Source: Eledone cirrhosa (lineage: Eukaryota). Taken from it: a stretch of 64,000 bases of DNA. The stretch's first letter is position 1, and every line of letters begins with the position of its first letter. Below, one piece after another: positions 14,336 to 28,029 of this stretch. The stretch spans positions 13,950,001-14,014,000 of the forward strand of contig OZ024746.1 of NCBI GenBank assembly GCA_964016885.1. Direction: 5' to 3'. A program made the translations under genes and the position numbers. Below the pieces are notes generated by a model that saw only the letters and a list, made by a program, of their open reading frames with translations, was not told where the DNA came from and made no database searches.

Positions 14336-15137
14336 ATATATATATATGGAAGTCGGCTTCCCCCAGGATGTTGGCCAAACTGAGCATGTGCGCTTCTTCT
14401 ATTCTATTTTCAAATGGCATGGTGAGTTTAAAGTATGTTAAATATTGTAACATATAATACTATATTCTATTCATATATGAATTATAATGTCACAATATGT
14501 TAGATAGAATTAATGAAAATATCCTAGAAATAGGAAAATCTACATATGTATATATTAAAATATATATTCATATGAGACTGCAGACTTTGAGCTATCCACG
14601 TTTCATGGGTTATTTACACATTCATCGGTGGAAGAAGAGAGTTCCTACAGTCACATATATGAATTTTATATCCGCATCGTGTGATGTGTTTTTCTTAAAA
14701 GAAACGAAACGCAAGAGCATAGTTGGAGAGCCAAAAATACGTGTAATATATGCATACTCACAGCATCTGTCGGAGAATAAATGCAAATGATCATGTTTAT
14801 AAGAGAATAGGAAATAAGAGGCTAACATGAATGAAGTGACATAAAGTGTAAAAAAAAAATTGACAAGTCACAGATTCAATTCATTGGAGCTTGTTTTTAA
14901 ATTACTGCGCACACATAAGCACTCTTATTACACGTTATAATTATTAATGAGATGAAGAAGTGTCGCACACAACGGTAAGGTGAGTTCAAATAATATTGTG
15001 TCAACGTCAGTGCCTATAATTCAAGGATAAATGAAGTTATCTTTCTGCAATTCACTGAATTCGAATCAGTTGATTACACTACTATTTAAAAGAACAAAAC
15101 ACTATTCTTATGAATATATTATTAAGATATTTAATAT

Positions 15138-15229
15138 GGCGGTGGATTCTCAATACGGTAGAGCATCGGAAAATATGCTTTGCGGCATACAGTTACGTTC
15201 CTTTACGTTCTGAGTTCAATTCCTGCCGA
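15138..15229 (+). mobile_element. SINE family A 5' half (A and B boxes), truncated at a hammerhead motif
   Basis: ggcggtggattctcaatacggtagagcatcgg...ctgagttcaattcctgccga. Confidence 0.8.
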
Positions 15230-15258
15230 TGAAGGACTAGTGTCCGAAACGTAAAGAC
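15226..15258 (+). ncRNA. Minimal type-I hammerhead core (PLE-type)
   Basis: CCGATGA-a-ggac(tagt)gtcc-GAAA-CG-TA: perfect 4-bp stem II, palindromic ACGT stem III, GUA site; U4>C change and no clear stem I. Confidence 0.6.
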
Positions 15259-15635
15259 AGTTTTCCAACTCTAAAAAGCATTAAACTAACAGATTTCATT
15301 GTACTATGTTGTTTGCGTTTATTTTTTTGCATACATAAATGTATGGAATTACACAACAGCCAGCATGTGGGACCCCATTGGCCCATAATACAGAAAGATG
15401 CGGAGGACGACAGTGTGACAGTGGGAGGTCGGCTCTTCCATGTCGGATTTGGTATGCAGCGTCCGTTGTCCATAGGGAGGTAGTGATTCTCCCCCCCCCC
15501 CTCCCCCCACACGCACACATATATATATATAAGTAAGATGGTATTTGTCCGAATACCTTTTACTTTTTACTTTCTATTATTGTGTATTTTTCTCTAAATA
15601 TAATTTTTCACAAAGAATCTTCGTTCTTTAAATCC

Positions 15636-16954
15636 ATCGGCCAAGGACCTCCACCCCTCCCAATCACCACCTTCCCCTATCAGCCAAGGACCTCCACCCC
15701 TCCCAATCACCACCTTCCTCTATCAGCCAAGGACCTCCACCCCTCCCAATCACCACCTTCCCCTATCAGCCAAGGACCTCCACCCCTCCCAATCACCACC
15801 TTCCCCTATCAGCCAAGGACCTCCACCCCTCCCAATCACCACCTTCCCCTATCAGCCAAGGACCTCCACCCCTCCCAATCACCACCTTCCTCTATCAGCC
15901 AAGGACCTCCACCCCTCCCAATCACCACCTTCCCCTATCAGCCAAGGACCTCCACCCCTCCCAATCACCACCTTCCCCTATCAGCCAAGGACCTCCACCC
16001 CTCCCAATCACCACCTTCCCCTATCAGCCAAGGACCTCCACCCCTCCCAATCACCACCTTCCCCTATCAGCCAAGGACCTCCACCCCTCCCAATCACCAC
16101 CTTCCCCTATCAGCCAAGGACCTCCACCCCTCCCAATCACCACCTTCCCCTATCAGCCAAGGACCTCCACCCCTCCCAATCACCACCTTCCTCTATCAGC
16201 CAAGGACCTCCACCCCTCCCAATCACCACCTTCCCCTATCAGCCAAGGACCTCCACCCCTCCCAATCACCACCTTCCCCTATCAGCCAAGGACCTCCACC
16301 CCTCCCAATCACCACCTTCCCCTATCAGCCAAGGACCTCCACCCCTCCCAATCACCACCTTCCTCTATCAGCCAAGGACCTCCACCCCTCCCAATCACCA
16401 CCTTCCCCTATCAGCCAAGGACCTCCACCCCTCCCAATCACCACCTTCCCCTATCAGCCAAGGACCTCCACCCCTCCCAATCACCACCTTCCCCTATCAG
16501 CCAAGGACCTCCACCCCTCCCAATCACCACCTTCCTCTATCAGCCAAGGACCTCCACCCCTCCCAATCACCACCTTCCCCTATCAGCCAAGGACCTCCAC
16601 CCCTCCCAATCACCACCTTCCCCTATCAGCCAAGGACCTCCACCCCTCCCAATCACCACCTTCCCCTATCAGCCAAGGACCTCCACCCCTCCCAATCACC
16701 ACCTTCCCCTATCAGCCAAGGACCTCCACCCCTCCCAATCACCACCTTCCTCTATCAGCCAAGGACCTCCACCCCTCCCAATCACCACCTTCCTCTATCA
16801 GCCAAGGACCTCCACCCCTCCCAATCACCACCTTCCCCTATCAGCCAAGGACCTCCACCCCTCCCAATCACCACCTTCCCCTATCAGCCAAGGACCTCCA
16901 CCCCTCCCAATCACCACCTTCCCCTATCAGCCAAGGACCTCCACCCCTCCCAAT
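15636..16954. repeat. 43-bp C-rich minisatellite, about 30 near-identical units
   Basis: Unit atcagccaaggacctccacccctcccaatcaccaccttcc(c/t)ct; accounts for the 538-aa ORF with 43-aa periodicity. Confidence 0.97.
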
Positions 16955-16996
16955 ACCATCATATCACAACGAGAGTTGGCTTTCCCGAATCCGGGA

Positions 16997-17127
16997 TACA
17001 CACACATGTTTATATATACATAGTACACATACACACACACATATATATATATACATAGTACACACACACATATATATATACATAGTATACACACACACAC
17101 ATATATATATATATACATCGTACACAG

Positions 17128-17168
<41 letters not shown>

Positions 17169-17199
17169 GTACACACACACACATATATATATACATAGT

Positions 17200-17232
<33 letters not shown>

Positions 17233-17262
17233 CATAGTACACACACACACATATATATATAT
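16997..17262. repeat. Compound (TA)n-catagta-(CA)n repeat
   Basis: Repeated tatatacatagtacacacaca units. Confidence 0.9.
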
Positions 17263-18158
17263 GAAAACATTCAAGACTCCGATGGCTGTGTATATATATA
17301 TTATATATATACATAATTCAGAAAGCTATAAGTCTCTATGTTGTTAAACATATATATTGTCGTAAACAAAAATAAAACATCTGTACAAGATTTCCAAACC
17401 ACTGTTATGTATATTTTGCAATATATGGGGAAAATATGAGGTCGATTGTATATCTACAATAATTCCAAATATATATATACACTACAATAATTCCAAATAT
17501 ATACACAAGAGATAAATATGAAATTTCTGTTCTGATTTATACCTCACTGCTATCTGGAAACGGGTAAAGGTAATTATAAGAAACGTTATGTGAAAATAAA
17601 ACCAAAATTACTGTTGAATGATATTATATAGGGTTAGATCTATTGCTGTATAGTTAATGTATTGAGAGAAAAAGTAGTGTTAGCATTTTGTGTTATTTTT
17701 GTCTTCAATAGAATAACTTGAAAGTTCACTATGAACTACTTTTCACATATGATTTTATATTTTTTACGGGGTATTCGAAATTCTATGAATACGTTGAGTG
17801 TGATGCCAATTTACTTATGATTTGTATTCCTGTTGGCAAGTTTCCATGGTTTTATATATAGGTTGCAAGATAAAATATGTCGTTATTTCAAAAGGGTTTT
17901 GATTTGACATAAATAAAACGAAAAAGGCAAAAACAAGATAAAAGAAAAGAAAGAACGAAACATACATCTTTCAGCTTGCGCTTTTCAATAGTCTGTGTTC
18001 TAAAGTTAGTTTTACTCTCAGTAAATATTACCAAGAAGAAATACTTTGTATATTTTACTCCGAGGTATGATCAAATGGTGTGTTTCTAATTCTTGAAAGC
18101 AAGACTCTTAGTCTGTCCAACCATGAACGTATGAAGTTCTAAAATTGGTAGCTAGAAG

Positions 18159-18227
<69 letters not shown>

Positions 18228-19897
18228 GTATGTCTGTGTATGTGAGTGTGTGCTTGTGTATGTACACACACACACGCACACACACACACACACGTACACA
18301 CACACATAAATATATATATATATATATACACACATATATATATATACACATACACATGAAATCATGCACAAATTGCAGTATTATGAAAATAGAAACCACT
18401 CTCCATTTACAATGCCAAAGATTTTCTACAACTAGAATCTGGCGAGATTCTGAAATGTATCTATTCTGGCTCGACAGAAATAATAAAAAAAGTTTCTAAT
18501 ATCAAAGAGAAACAAAAACGAAATAAACAAAGAAAACTAACGAGCAGAAAAGAATTAAATTAGGGACAAATCGTAATTTATAGTTAAGTTCCTATATTTC
18601 CACTCATAACGATGTAATTGGAATTACTTTGAAGCTTTAAGCAGATTCAAATAGCATGTTAATTATCTACAGACTACAAAGTGTTCATTCTCATTCATTA
18701 CTGAAGAAGATAGACTGATCGTGTTTTATTTCGTAGTAAGTAGAGACATCATTCAATTTTATTTCAGGGTGGATCACGAATTTATCTAATTATAGATAAC
18801 GTGTATAGACAAGCGTACATATACATATATACTCAGAAACACACACATATACACATATACATACACCACACACATATATACATGTATACATACATACGTA
18901 TGCATGTATGTCTATAGATATGTCTGTTTGCTCTCTCTTTCTGTCCCTCTCTATCCGTATTATGCACGTACATACCTACACACACACACACACTCACTCA
19001 CTCACACACACACACACATACTCACTCACCCAGTCACCCCCCCCACTCATTCTAACAGTGCATGTTATGAAAAACATTTGATCAATGGTAAACTGCTAAA
19101 TTCAATATTCAATCGGAAGTTTATGCAGAACTCAACGAAAGAAAAGATATTTGGTTAAAGAGACGACTGTTAACTACACCATATATTTCTTGAGTTCACT
19201 TCTACATAACGTTTCGGGCTTTTCTTTAAGTAATTGGGGACGACAGAAAAAGTGTTGCGCGTTTAATCACTCCATTCCATTGAAGAATGGAATGGAGTGA
19301 TGGAAAAATTGACAAAAATGTAAACCATTACTGCAGCTACCATAAGAATAAGATTATCTATTGCGATACAATTATATTTCAGTGTGGTACTTTGTTGCAA
19401 CCATAACTACTGCAGGACATCTGACTGATAAAATGACAAGTCAGTCAATCATATTGGTGGCCTCCCCACAACCCCGGCAGACAAAATGGAGAAGGCGTTT
19501 CACCGGAGGACGCCAAGGGACACGCGCTGGAAAAGCCATTCCAGCTCGCCAGACTCACACCTGCGGCTGGCCAGCTCAGCGCCTATGGTGGTGAGTAGGG
19601 AGGTAGCCCTAGGGCCGAGGACACTAGAATTAATGTAGAGGGTTATGTGGAGACTAAGAGAAGAAAGGTCAGTGATTCCTGGTGTAAGTGGCATGCAGAG
19701 TTAACTGTAGAGAAGGAAGTAAAAGACAATGGGAAAATAAGTTCAAAGCGGTAAAATATTTTAGCAAGGACTAATTGGAGATCAAAGAAAGATGAAGGGC
19801 AACCGTATGGATAACTTGTGAATCCGTGTGGCTTTACGATCCACGTGACCCATGATCCCCGCGTTGCCTTACGATCGAGATCCTATCAGCCTAAACA

Positions 19898-20000
19898 CTA
19901 GCTTAGGGAGTTGGGCTCACGGTCGTAAGGTTGTATTCGATTCCTAGATCAAGTGTGTCCTTGAGCAAGACACTTCATTTCACATTGCCCCAATCCATTG
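19898..20000 (+). mobile_element. CORE-type tRNA-derived SINE fragment (family B)
   Basis: tagcttag..ttcgattcc..tgtgtccttgagcaagacacttcatttcacattgc; same family as 43479-43736. Confidence 0.75.
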
Positions 20001-20218
20001 ATATAAAAGTCGAAGTCATTGCTGCAGTGGTGGCTAGGCAGAAGGAATTCTGAGATGTAAATTTAATGAGCGTCAGATATGAGAAAAAATTTGTCGAAGT
20101 AGGAATGATAGAATATATGTTTATAGTAGAATGAAGTAGAGTGTGTCTATGGGGACATAATTGTCTAGGAAGTTGAATAAAGTATTTGAGATAGTAGAAG
20201 AATGTCTTCTTCTTCTTG

Positions 20219-20245
20219 TACTACTACTACTACTACTACTACTAG

Positions 20246-20289
<44 letters not shown>

Positions 20290-20312
20290 TTACTACTACT
20301 ACTACTACTACT
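20219..20312. repeat. (ACT)n microsatellite
   Basis: Direct reading; gives the poly-Thr ORF. Confidence 0.97.
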
Positions 20313-20631
20313 ATCCTTACAGTGTCAATAGAGGGGATATCCCTTTCTTATTCTTCTTCTTGGGTGGGTTGTGGTGACAAAGTCCTCAAGTACGCTTTCA
20401 GGTGGGTCTCCAATATACATGTTTGTTATATAAATCTGTTTTGATTGCATGTTTCACAAACAAACATTCCCTAAAACATTCCCGCTCACACCAAATCTCC
20501 AATGCAAGCCCACACACACGTGTATCTGGAACTATTCATTGGTGATGTGGATACAATGCCGGAAATTTGAACTCTGAAACAGGCTTATACAAGGAAGCTT
20601 ATACCGTTCGTTCTAAAATATCTTTAAAATA

Positions 20632-20726
20632 ATTGTTGCTACTTTTGGCACAAGACCAGCAATTACCCCAGAGCATTACTGGTGCTTTATTTTATCGACC
20701 CCGTAAGAATGAAAGGCAAAGTTAAC
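20632..20726 (-). mobile_element. SINE family A, 5'-truncated
   Basis: ctacttttggcacaagaccagcaatt...ttttatcgaccccgtaagaatgaaaggcaaagttaac. Confidence 0.88.
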
Positions 20727-21072
20727 AAACAAATGCATCTACTGAAAATAGCTGTATATTACTCGAAATGTTCCGTGCTAATTTATCAAATAATAAAACA
20801 TTTCATTAGATCACGCGTGAAACAGTCAGAGAAGTGTGTTTCTAGAATATCTGAAGAATCAGTTGCTATTCAATTATAGTGTAGAACCATTCATATCGGT
20901 ATATATGTATACACGTATAATTATAAATACTGAGGCAATCACTAAAGTCTTTGCAGAGTTAAATCATTAATTTACAGAAGACTCTGCTAAAAGTGGCTTT
21001 AAAAACTGTTCACCTCATTACAACGAATGATGGTTTCCAGGATGACTTACTGTGTATGCTTGTGAATACATG

Positions 21073-21139
<67 letters not shown>

Positions 21140-21160
21140 ATATATATATCATATATATAT

Positions 21161-21199
<39 letters not shown>

Positions 21200-22099
21200 T
21201 ATATATATTACACATACATACAGAAATACATACAGAGATACATAGAAAACACATCACATAAATAGTTTGTGTGTTTTGTTCTTTCTTAGACGATTAATTC
21301 AATATAGCCGCAAGTCACTTTTCTGTAAAGTATACATACACATAAATGCGCACCTTCATTATCTCCTTTGAAAAATAACAAACAAGCGAATACCATAAGA
21401 GTAAAGAGTTTTACAGACAAGAGAAAAATTATGACAAATCAGAATGCAGTCTTGTGTATTTTACGGTTAAAACTAATGAACCTTACGTTGTCGTATCACC
21501 CAAAATACATTGATCATGATACTGGTTAGGAAGAGAAAGAGAGAGAGAGAAAGAACAAATATACTCGTTTAATGTCAACTTATTTTTATATTTCCATTAT
21601 TTTTTTTTGTGTGTTGCTTTTCTTTACTGATCTCGATTGTTATTATATTATTCTGCATCATTCCGGTCTTTTATGTAAATCACAAGTACGATCGCTGATT
21701 GCATTAAATTTTCTTTATTGACTCCGTCTGAATTTAGTTTCTTTCTCACGAACATCACTGCTTAACATTACTCGTAACTATCATATCTGAAAGTTGCTCA
21801 ATAAAATCATTGTTTGAGTTGTATTTTTAAGAGCTGTATGTTGTCTTTCATTTGTTTAATTTGGTTGTTGATCCAAGTTCTTCATTTATGTCTTCCGTGT
21901 CTTATATTTCTAATGTTATAAGCTTTAATCTGCTCTCTTCAAGTCGTAGTTCATGTGTGTGTGTGTGTGTGTGTGTGTGGAGGGGGATGTATGTGTGTGG
22001 ATGTGTATGTATGTGTGTATGTATGTATGTATGTATGTATGTATGTATGTATGTATGTATGTATGTATGTATGTGTGTGTGTGTATGTGTGTGTGTGTA

Positions 22100-22166
<67 letters not shown>

Positions 22167-22175
22167 ATGTATATA

Positions 22176-22631
22176 TTTCCGGGAGAGATGACCTCTTAGC
22201 CTTTGTCAAGGCAGAATTCCCCGGGAGAGATGACCCCTTAGCCTTTGTCAAGGCAGAATTATAGGAGAAGGAAAACTCTGATATAAGACCTGCAACCCTG
22301 ATGGTATCCAATAATGTTGACTTGTTCTTCTTTTTGGTAAATATCATCTTGGTTAAGAGAGTGGTACTGGCTTTGTGCAGTGCCTTTGCTCACTATAAAA
22401 GCTTCACGGCACAGGCATTGCTTTATATCTGGAGATCTCTCTGCACTTGTCGTCACATGGTACCATGGGCCCAGCACTATGTGTCAATAATTGTCGCAAG
22501 TGTAGTGTTTGTACCAGAGTTTTCAAGTCGCTGGCTGGACTAAAAAGTCACACTCGTTCAGCGCATCGGTAGGAGTTCTCCTACATGGATATAAAGTAGT
22601 GGCCGTACTCTAAAACGAGTTGGCAGCCACC
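22176..22631. mobile_element. Non-coding repeat-like element between (TATG)n arrays, possibly RTE-related
   Basis: Tandem duplication of about 41 bp (22179-22260); ggagaaggaaaactctga motif I associate with RTE 5' regions; structured right end abutting (ATGT)n. Confidence 0.45.
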
Positions 22632-22959
22632 ATGTATGTATGTATGTATGTATGTATGTATGTATGTATGTATGTATGTATGTATGTATGTATGTATGTA
22701 TGTATGTGTATGTATGTGTGTGTGTGAGTGTGTATGTATGCATGTATGTGTGTATGTGTGTGTATGTATGTGTGTATTTATGTAGGCATTTAATTAGGTA
22801 TATATAAGTATCAGTATGAATGTCATTGCATGTTCGGATCAGTATGTTTTGATAGAGGTATGTGCCTATATGTATATATGTGTATGTGTATACATGTGTA
22901 CATGTACTTCTACAGGTTAAATCTCTGGTATGTCTTACATATCTTCACAGCATCATTAC

Positions 22960-24790
22960 CGGCTTTTAAGTATAATGTCTTAATTAGCCGTGCCCTTTTT
23001 GATCCGGCTTCTCAAGATTGATGCTGCTCAATAATCACAGATATAAATCCAAAGTCAAAGGCCGGATATAGTTTGGCATAGATATTTTCTTTATCGTTTA
23101 TATTAATGTCTACTGGACAACTGGTTTCTACACTTTCGGTTATGTCTGGTCTTTTATACCTAGAGTTTACAGAGATTTTGCTACGGTTATTATGGGTGAA
23201 TATACTCTCTACATCGCAGTAACATCTAGTACTCTCCTTTCCACAGATTGAATGTGTAATGTTTCGTCCACTACACTATGCGTCATACGTAGAAAGAATC
23301 ATAATGTAATCTTTGGACACTGAATGAAATTTTGACATATCATATTTTACATGCATCCTATCCTTTTTGGTTATCAGGTATTTTGTTATTTTCTGTTCTT
23401 GGATTATAAAAAAGCTTAACCATCAAAGTAAGAGCTAATGTACCGGTTGTCCGTTCAATATAGATTATTCTGGTTATTTATATCAATGTCACTCTGAAGT
23501 TTCCTGATAACGAAGCTGTGGATGACCTGCTGATAAGCAAATTGCATTTTATCTGATCTTCTGATGTAGTGAAGCTGTGTTATTTTCCTGGGAGCGTAAC
23601 TCTGGTAATAAATCAGGGAATATTTTCTGAAAAGCTCCATTTAAACTCTTATGATGCTATTTGTTTGATATGTGCACAGTTGATCCATGGATACACTTCG
23701 ACGCATGAATGTCAGTAAATGTTTTGAATGATGCAGTATTCAAAGATTGTTTGAATTGATGTTAAACCTTTACAGCTATATTCTTTTTTAGGTAGATCCA
23801 GTCAAATATCACTATTAATGTGCAAAGGTTTGGTAGGGGTTAATAGTTTTAGGGTTTTAACATCAATGGCTCAGGTCTTATCTAGTTTCCATTTGAAGAG
23901 ACCGAGTTGGTATAATTGCTGGTACAGCTAATAGATTGTACATAACGGATTTAGTGTAAGCAGGAATCCCTCAATACTCGCCTCCCAGGTATCATATTTC
24001 CTGGCTATGCGTTCTTTCTAACAACTTCCGTCATGGGATAGATTTTCATGCATCTCTAGACACTTTCAGCCTTCCTCGTCGGATATTCTAGAATTAGTTT
24101 GATCATTATTAATTTTTTCGTATTTTACAATGAAGTACTAGTTTCCATCTATTGAGATGACTTAAGTAGGTCGAGGTAGTTCTTCACACCATTCTTATTT
24201 TTGGCATATACTCTCAGACCATCCACAATGAAGGTATGCCAGATTAGTATTTCTAACTTCCTGTGAGACAATCACGTACACCTTAAATTTAATTCAAAGA
24301 ACACCCCCCCCCCCCAAAAAAAAACAAGACAAAAACAGAAATATTAAAACAGAAACAGAAGATGGGATGTTTACAGTGAATAGATCGATTGCTTGAAATA
24401 TTAACTCTGTCACACGTTATTTTATCAGATACAAGACGAAGTCAGTTTGTCTATAATTTTGATAATAGTCTCTTGAAGTCAGTTTGTATATAATTTTGAT
24501 GATAGTCTCTTGAGGCTGAAGAGCCTCAAACATTTCCAAGTGAGGAACACAGTCAAATGCGTTCTTGTAGCAGAGCCAGGCTGACTTTTAACATCAAAGA
24601 TTAAAAATTGCTTACTACACCCCCAAACTTCTTTTTTCTCAGCTGTCTGCTCGGCTGTGATGATATTGTTACTATCACGGTGTTCTTGCTGTAATAGATT
24701 CAGACAGCATATATACATTTTCTTTGATAAATCCTCGCTTTTCTTCGCTATATGGCGGATTTCGTTTTTGAAGTTTTTTGGTGCACACAC
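22960..24790 (-). pseudogene. Heavily decayed R4/Dong-like LINE (RT to REL)
   Basis: EQTAEKKEVWGCSKQFLI (RT), HTFIVDGLRVYAKN (HLxFxDDLKLYAK-like), LHINSD..WIYLKK..KGL, PDI..VETSCPVDINI..KENIY. Confidence 0.72.
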
Positions 24791-25073
24791 AAACACACGT
24801 GTGTGTGTATGTGTGCGTTTGTCTACTTTCTCCGCCCTCTTTTCTTTTCTAAGTACCTACCATCTGCTTTCTACTACAACCAGAGTCTTGAATCAATGTG
24901 TTTAACTTACATCTTATCGCCACTTTCTTTCTTTCGTATTCACTCTCTTTCTCTCTCACTGTGACCACCTCTTACTTCCACTTGTCTCCCTCTAGCTTTC
25001 GCCTTCAATCTTTGTCTTTCCTGTCACTTTCGTTTAAAGTTATTGTTTTATAATTCTTACTGATGAAATTCGG

Positions 25074-25115
25074 CTTCTTGCATTTCGAGCTCCACGCAAT
25101 AACCTTCTTAGGAGG
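25074..25115 (-). ncRNA. Highly degenerate hammerhead-like motif
   Basis: Minus strand: cctc-ctaagaag-gttattgcgtggag-ctc-GAAA-tgca-agaag. Confidence 0.25.
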
Positions 25116-25859
25116 TAGTCTTAATTCGTCGCCCGGTTTAACATCATCACCAGAATATTATAACCTCTAAACGTAAATTGAAATAAAAATAAATATTTTC
25201 GAAGATTAGTCTTTAAAAAAATAATAGTGGAAACAAAGCAAAGCCAAGTTGGCAACAAGCTACCTAGATTACAAAGGCTGAATAACAAGAATTCTGGAAA
25301 GCTTTATCTTGGAATTGTATATTGTTTTCAGTCTGGAGCATCCTGTGGTTTGAACATACACATCTTGCATTATTTTATCATATTTTATCGTATGTTATCA
25401 TCAACCACATGTGTACATATAGCAGAGACACAGCGAGTAATCTCATCTCCCAATTTTGTACTCAATAGACATACCGACACATAAGATGAGTGTAAGTACA
25501 TACAGCTACATATATGCACACACTATCTCTCTCATATAGTCGCAAACCTCTGGAGCCGTCTTAACTATAAATAATATCTTGTTAGTTTCATAGTTACCGG
25601 GTTGAATTCTGCAGAGACCATAAATAAATTTCAAAGAAAACATACACACATATACATACAAATTAAAACACATCCACAGACGCATGCACGCATACAAACA
25701 CACAAAACCAGACAGACACACATACACACATACATATATATATATACGTAAATACATACATCTACATACAGATAGTTATACATATCAATGCATTGAATTA
25801 CAATCAGACACATACATCCGCTTCAGACAAACACGCAGACTCATACACGCAAACACGAG

Positions 25860-26002
<143 letters not shown>

Positions 26003-26129
26003 ACTATTAGCGTGGGAATATCATTAGGGCTAAAGGCTTCGCGTTATAGTCAAATGACTTCGTATTTGATATAACTGCTCGTCACTTTGTGTAAATATCT
26101 TCACTGTTATGTTTGCATCTGGTAGTATG

Positions 26130-26202
<73 letters not shown>

Positions 26203-27762
26203 CACTTACGACTAGCACCTCGTATCATACACATTTTGGAGTTGTTTGAAATTGTTTGTTTAGATATTTTTATACCATCTGATGCGCTCGGGTCGAGGGA
26301 TTGGGTAGGAAGAGCACTACGAAGCCAAGTCAAGTTGAGGAAGCGAGCACATGTATGACTGGGCATAACAGAGGAGGGCCCACGATGGAATTTTATTAGA
26401 AGACGATATTGGAAATTTTAAATCTCTACGATGAATTGAAATTTCTTTGCTTTGTTTTCTTCTACTTAATCTGAAATTAACTGTCAACCATGTAAATTCT
26501 TTCTTTCATCAATCTTTGATCAATGAAATAAGTTAGTTCTCACTAAATAAGCACATAATACCACATACACACACATTAACACAACCACACATGCATACTA
26601 ACACAAACACACATACACATACATATACATCGACATGGAATAGAAAATTTGGTACGTGGATAAAAGGTATATTGTGGTACTTCGGCCTATGTGATTTCGT
26701 CTCTTCACCTCTCCATTAACTTAAAATATGATTGGAAGTAATTCTTTAAATATCTGAGAACATATATTTATTCTACTTCTCTTTCTCAACTGTTTCACAT
26801 TGATGAAATCGAAACTTACATAGATGGCGACCAGAATCTATCAGACTTCTTTATATTCGTGACATTTTGTGAATTGACATTTATGTTTTAGTAATTTACA
26901 ATATAAAGGCCAGATTTACTCTACACATCCATATATATAAGAACCTACCAACAATAAATTCCTCCATCATGCTTCAGTAATGACCAACGGATTTGCTATT
27001 TATTTGCTATTTATTTGCCACGGATTTGCTATTTTATGATACAATAAAATTATATTTCTGTGAGAGGCATTTTTTGCAAATGTCAATGTTAAATGTGTAA
27101 CATGTAAACTTATTTATATCAAAATACAAACAATACACAAAATGGTGTTAGGGAATTTAGTAGTTTACTGATCAGTTGTTGCCAGAAACGTAAATGCAGA
27201 GAAAATGTCAAGTTAACAAAATATTCAATATATTATTCTACGCATCAAATTTCTGATTTATATATGGAAACTTATTTTCTCACTAGCCCAATAATTCTAG
27301 TTATACAAAAGAAAAACAAATCAGAATTTTAATAAGACACCTGCAGGCAACATTACGTATTCAAATGCAACATTTTCCTTCCAGAGAAATCATTTTCTGT
27401 GATCAATAATAATAAATATATATATATATATTTCGCATTTATTTTAGAGTGAGTGGCATAGAGTGAACTTCTCTGTGAACAATGACTTTCTATTCTGTTT
27501 CGTTTCCTGGTTAAGGCCATTTATTACTTAACGCTCACGAGAAAAGCATAAAGGTCTCGTTTTCAATACCCCTCCAGTCCACCCCATCACAAAAATTCAA
27601 GCTTTTGTGCGTAAGAAAGAAATCAATAGTATGAATATTCATTTCACAAAATAAAATAATAATTTAATAATCTTCATATGAAAAGTTGATTGGTTAAAAA
27701 GTTGAATACAATTTTTTTTTCTTTTTAAGATTGATTAGACACTTTTGTTTCTGGATACATTA

Positions 27763-28026
27763 TACATACAACAATAGATACATACATACAACAATAGATA
27801 CATACATACAAAAATACATACATGCATACAAAAATACATATATACGTATATACATACATACAAAAATACATACATACAAAAATACATACATACATACACA
27901 GAAATACATACATACATATATACAAAAATACATACACATATACATACAAAATACATACAAATATACACACACAAAAATACATACATACATACAAAAATAC
28001 ATACATACAAAAATATATACATACAT
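27763..28026. repeat. (TACA)n-aaaa compound repeat
   Basis: Repeated tacatacaaaaatacata units directly upstream of a REL LINE fragment. Confidence 0.9.
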
Positions 28027-28029
28027 AGA

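Noticed and set aside
15582-17198. 538-aa Pro/Ser-rich ORF
   Set aside because: It is a 43-bp (non-triplet) tandem repeat read through rotating frames and ending in microsatellite; no domain or splice context is visible.
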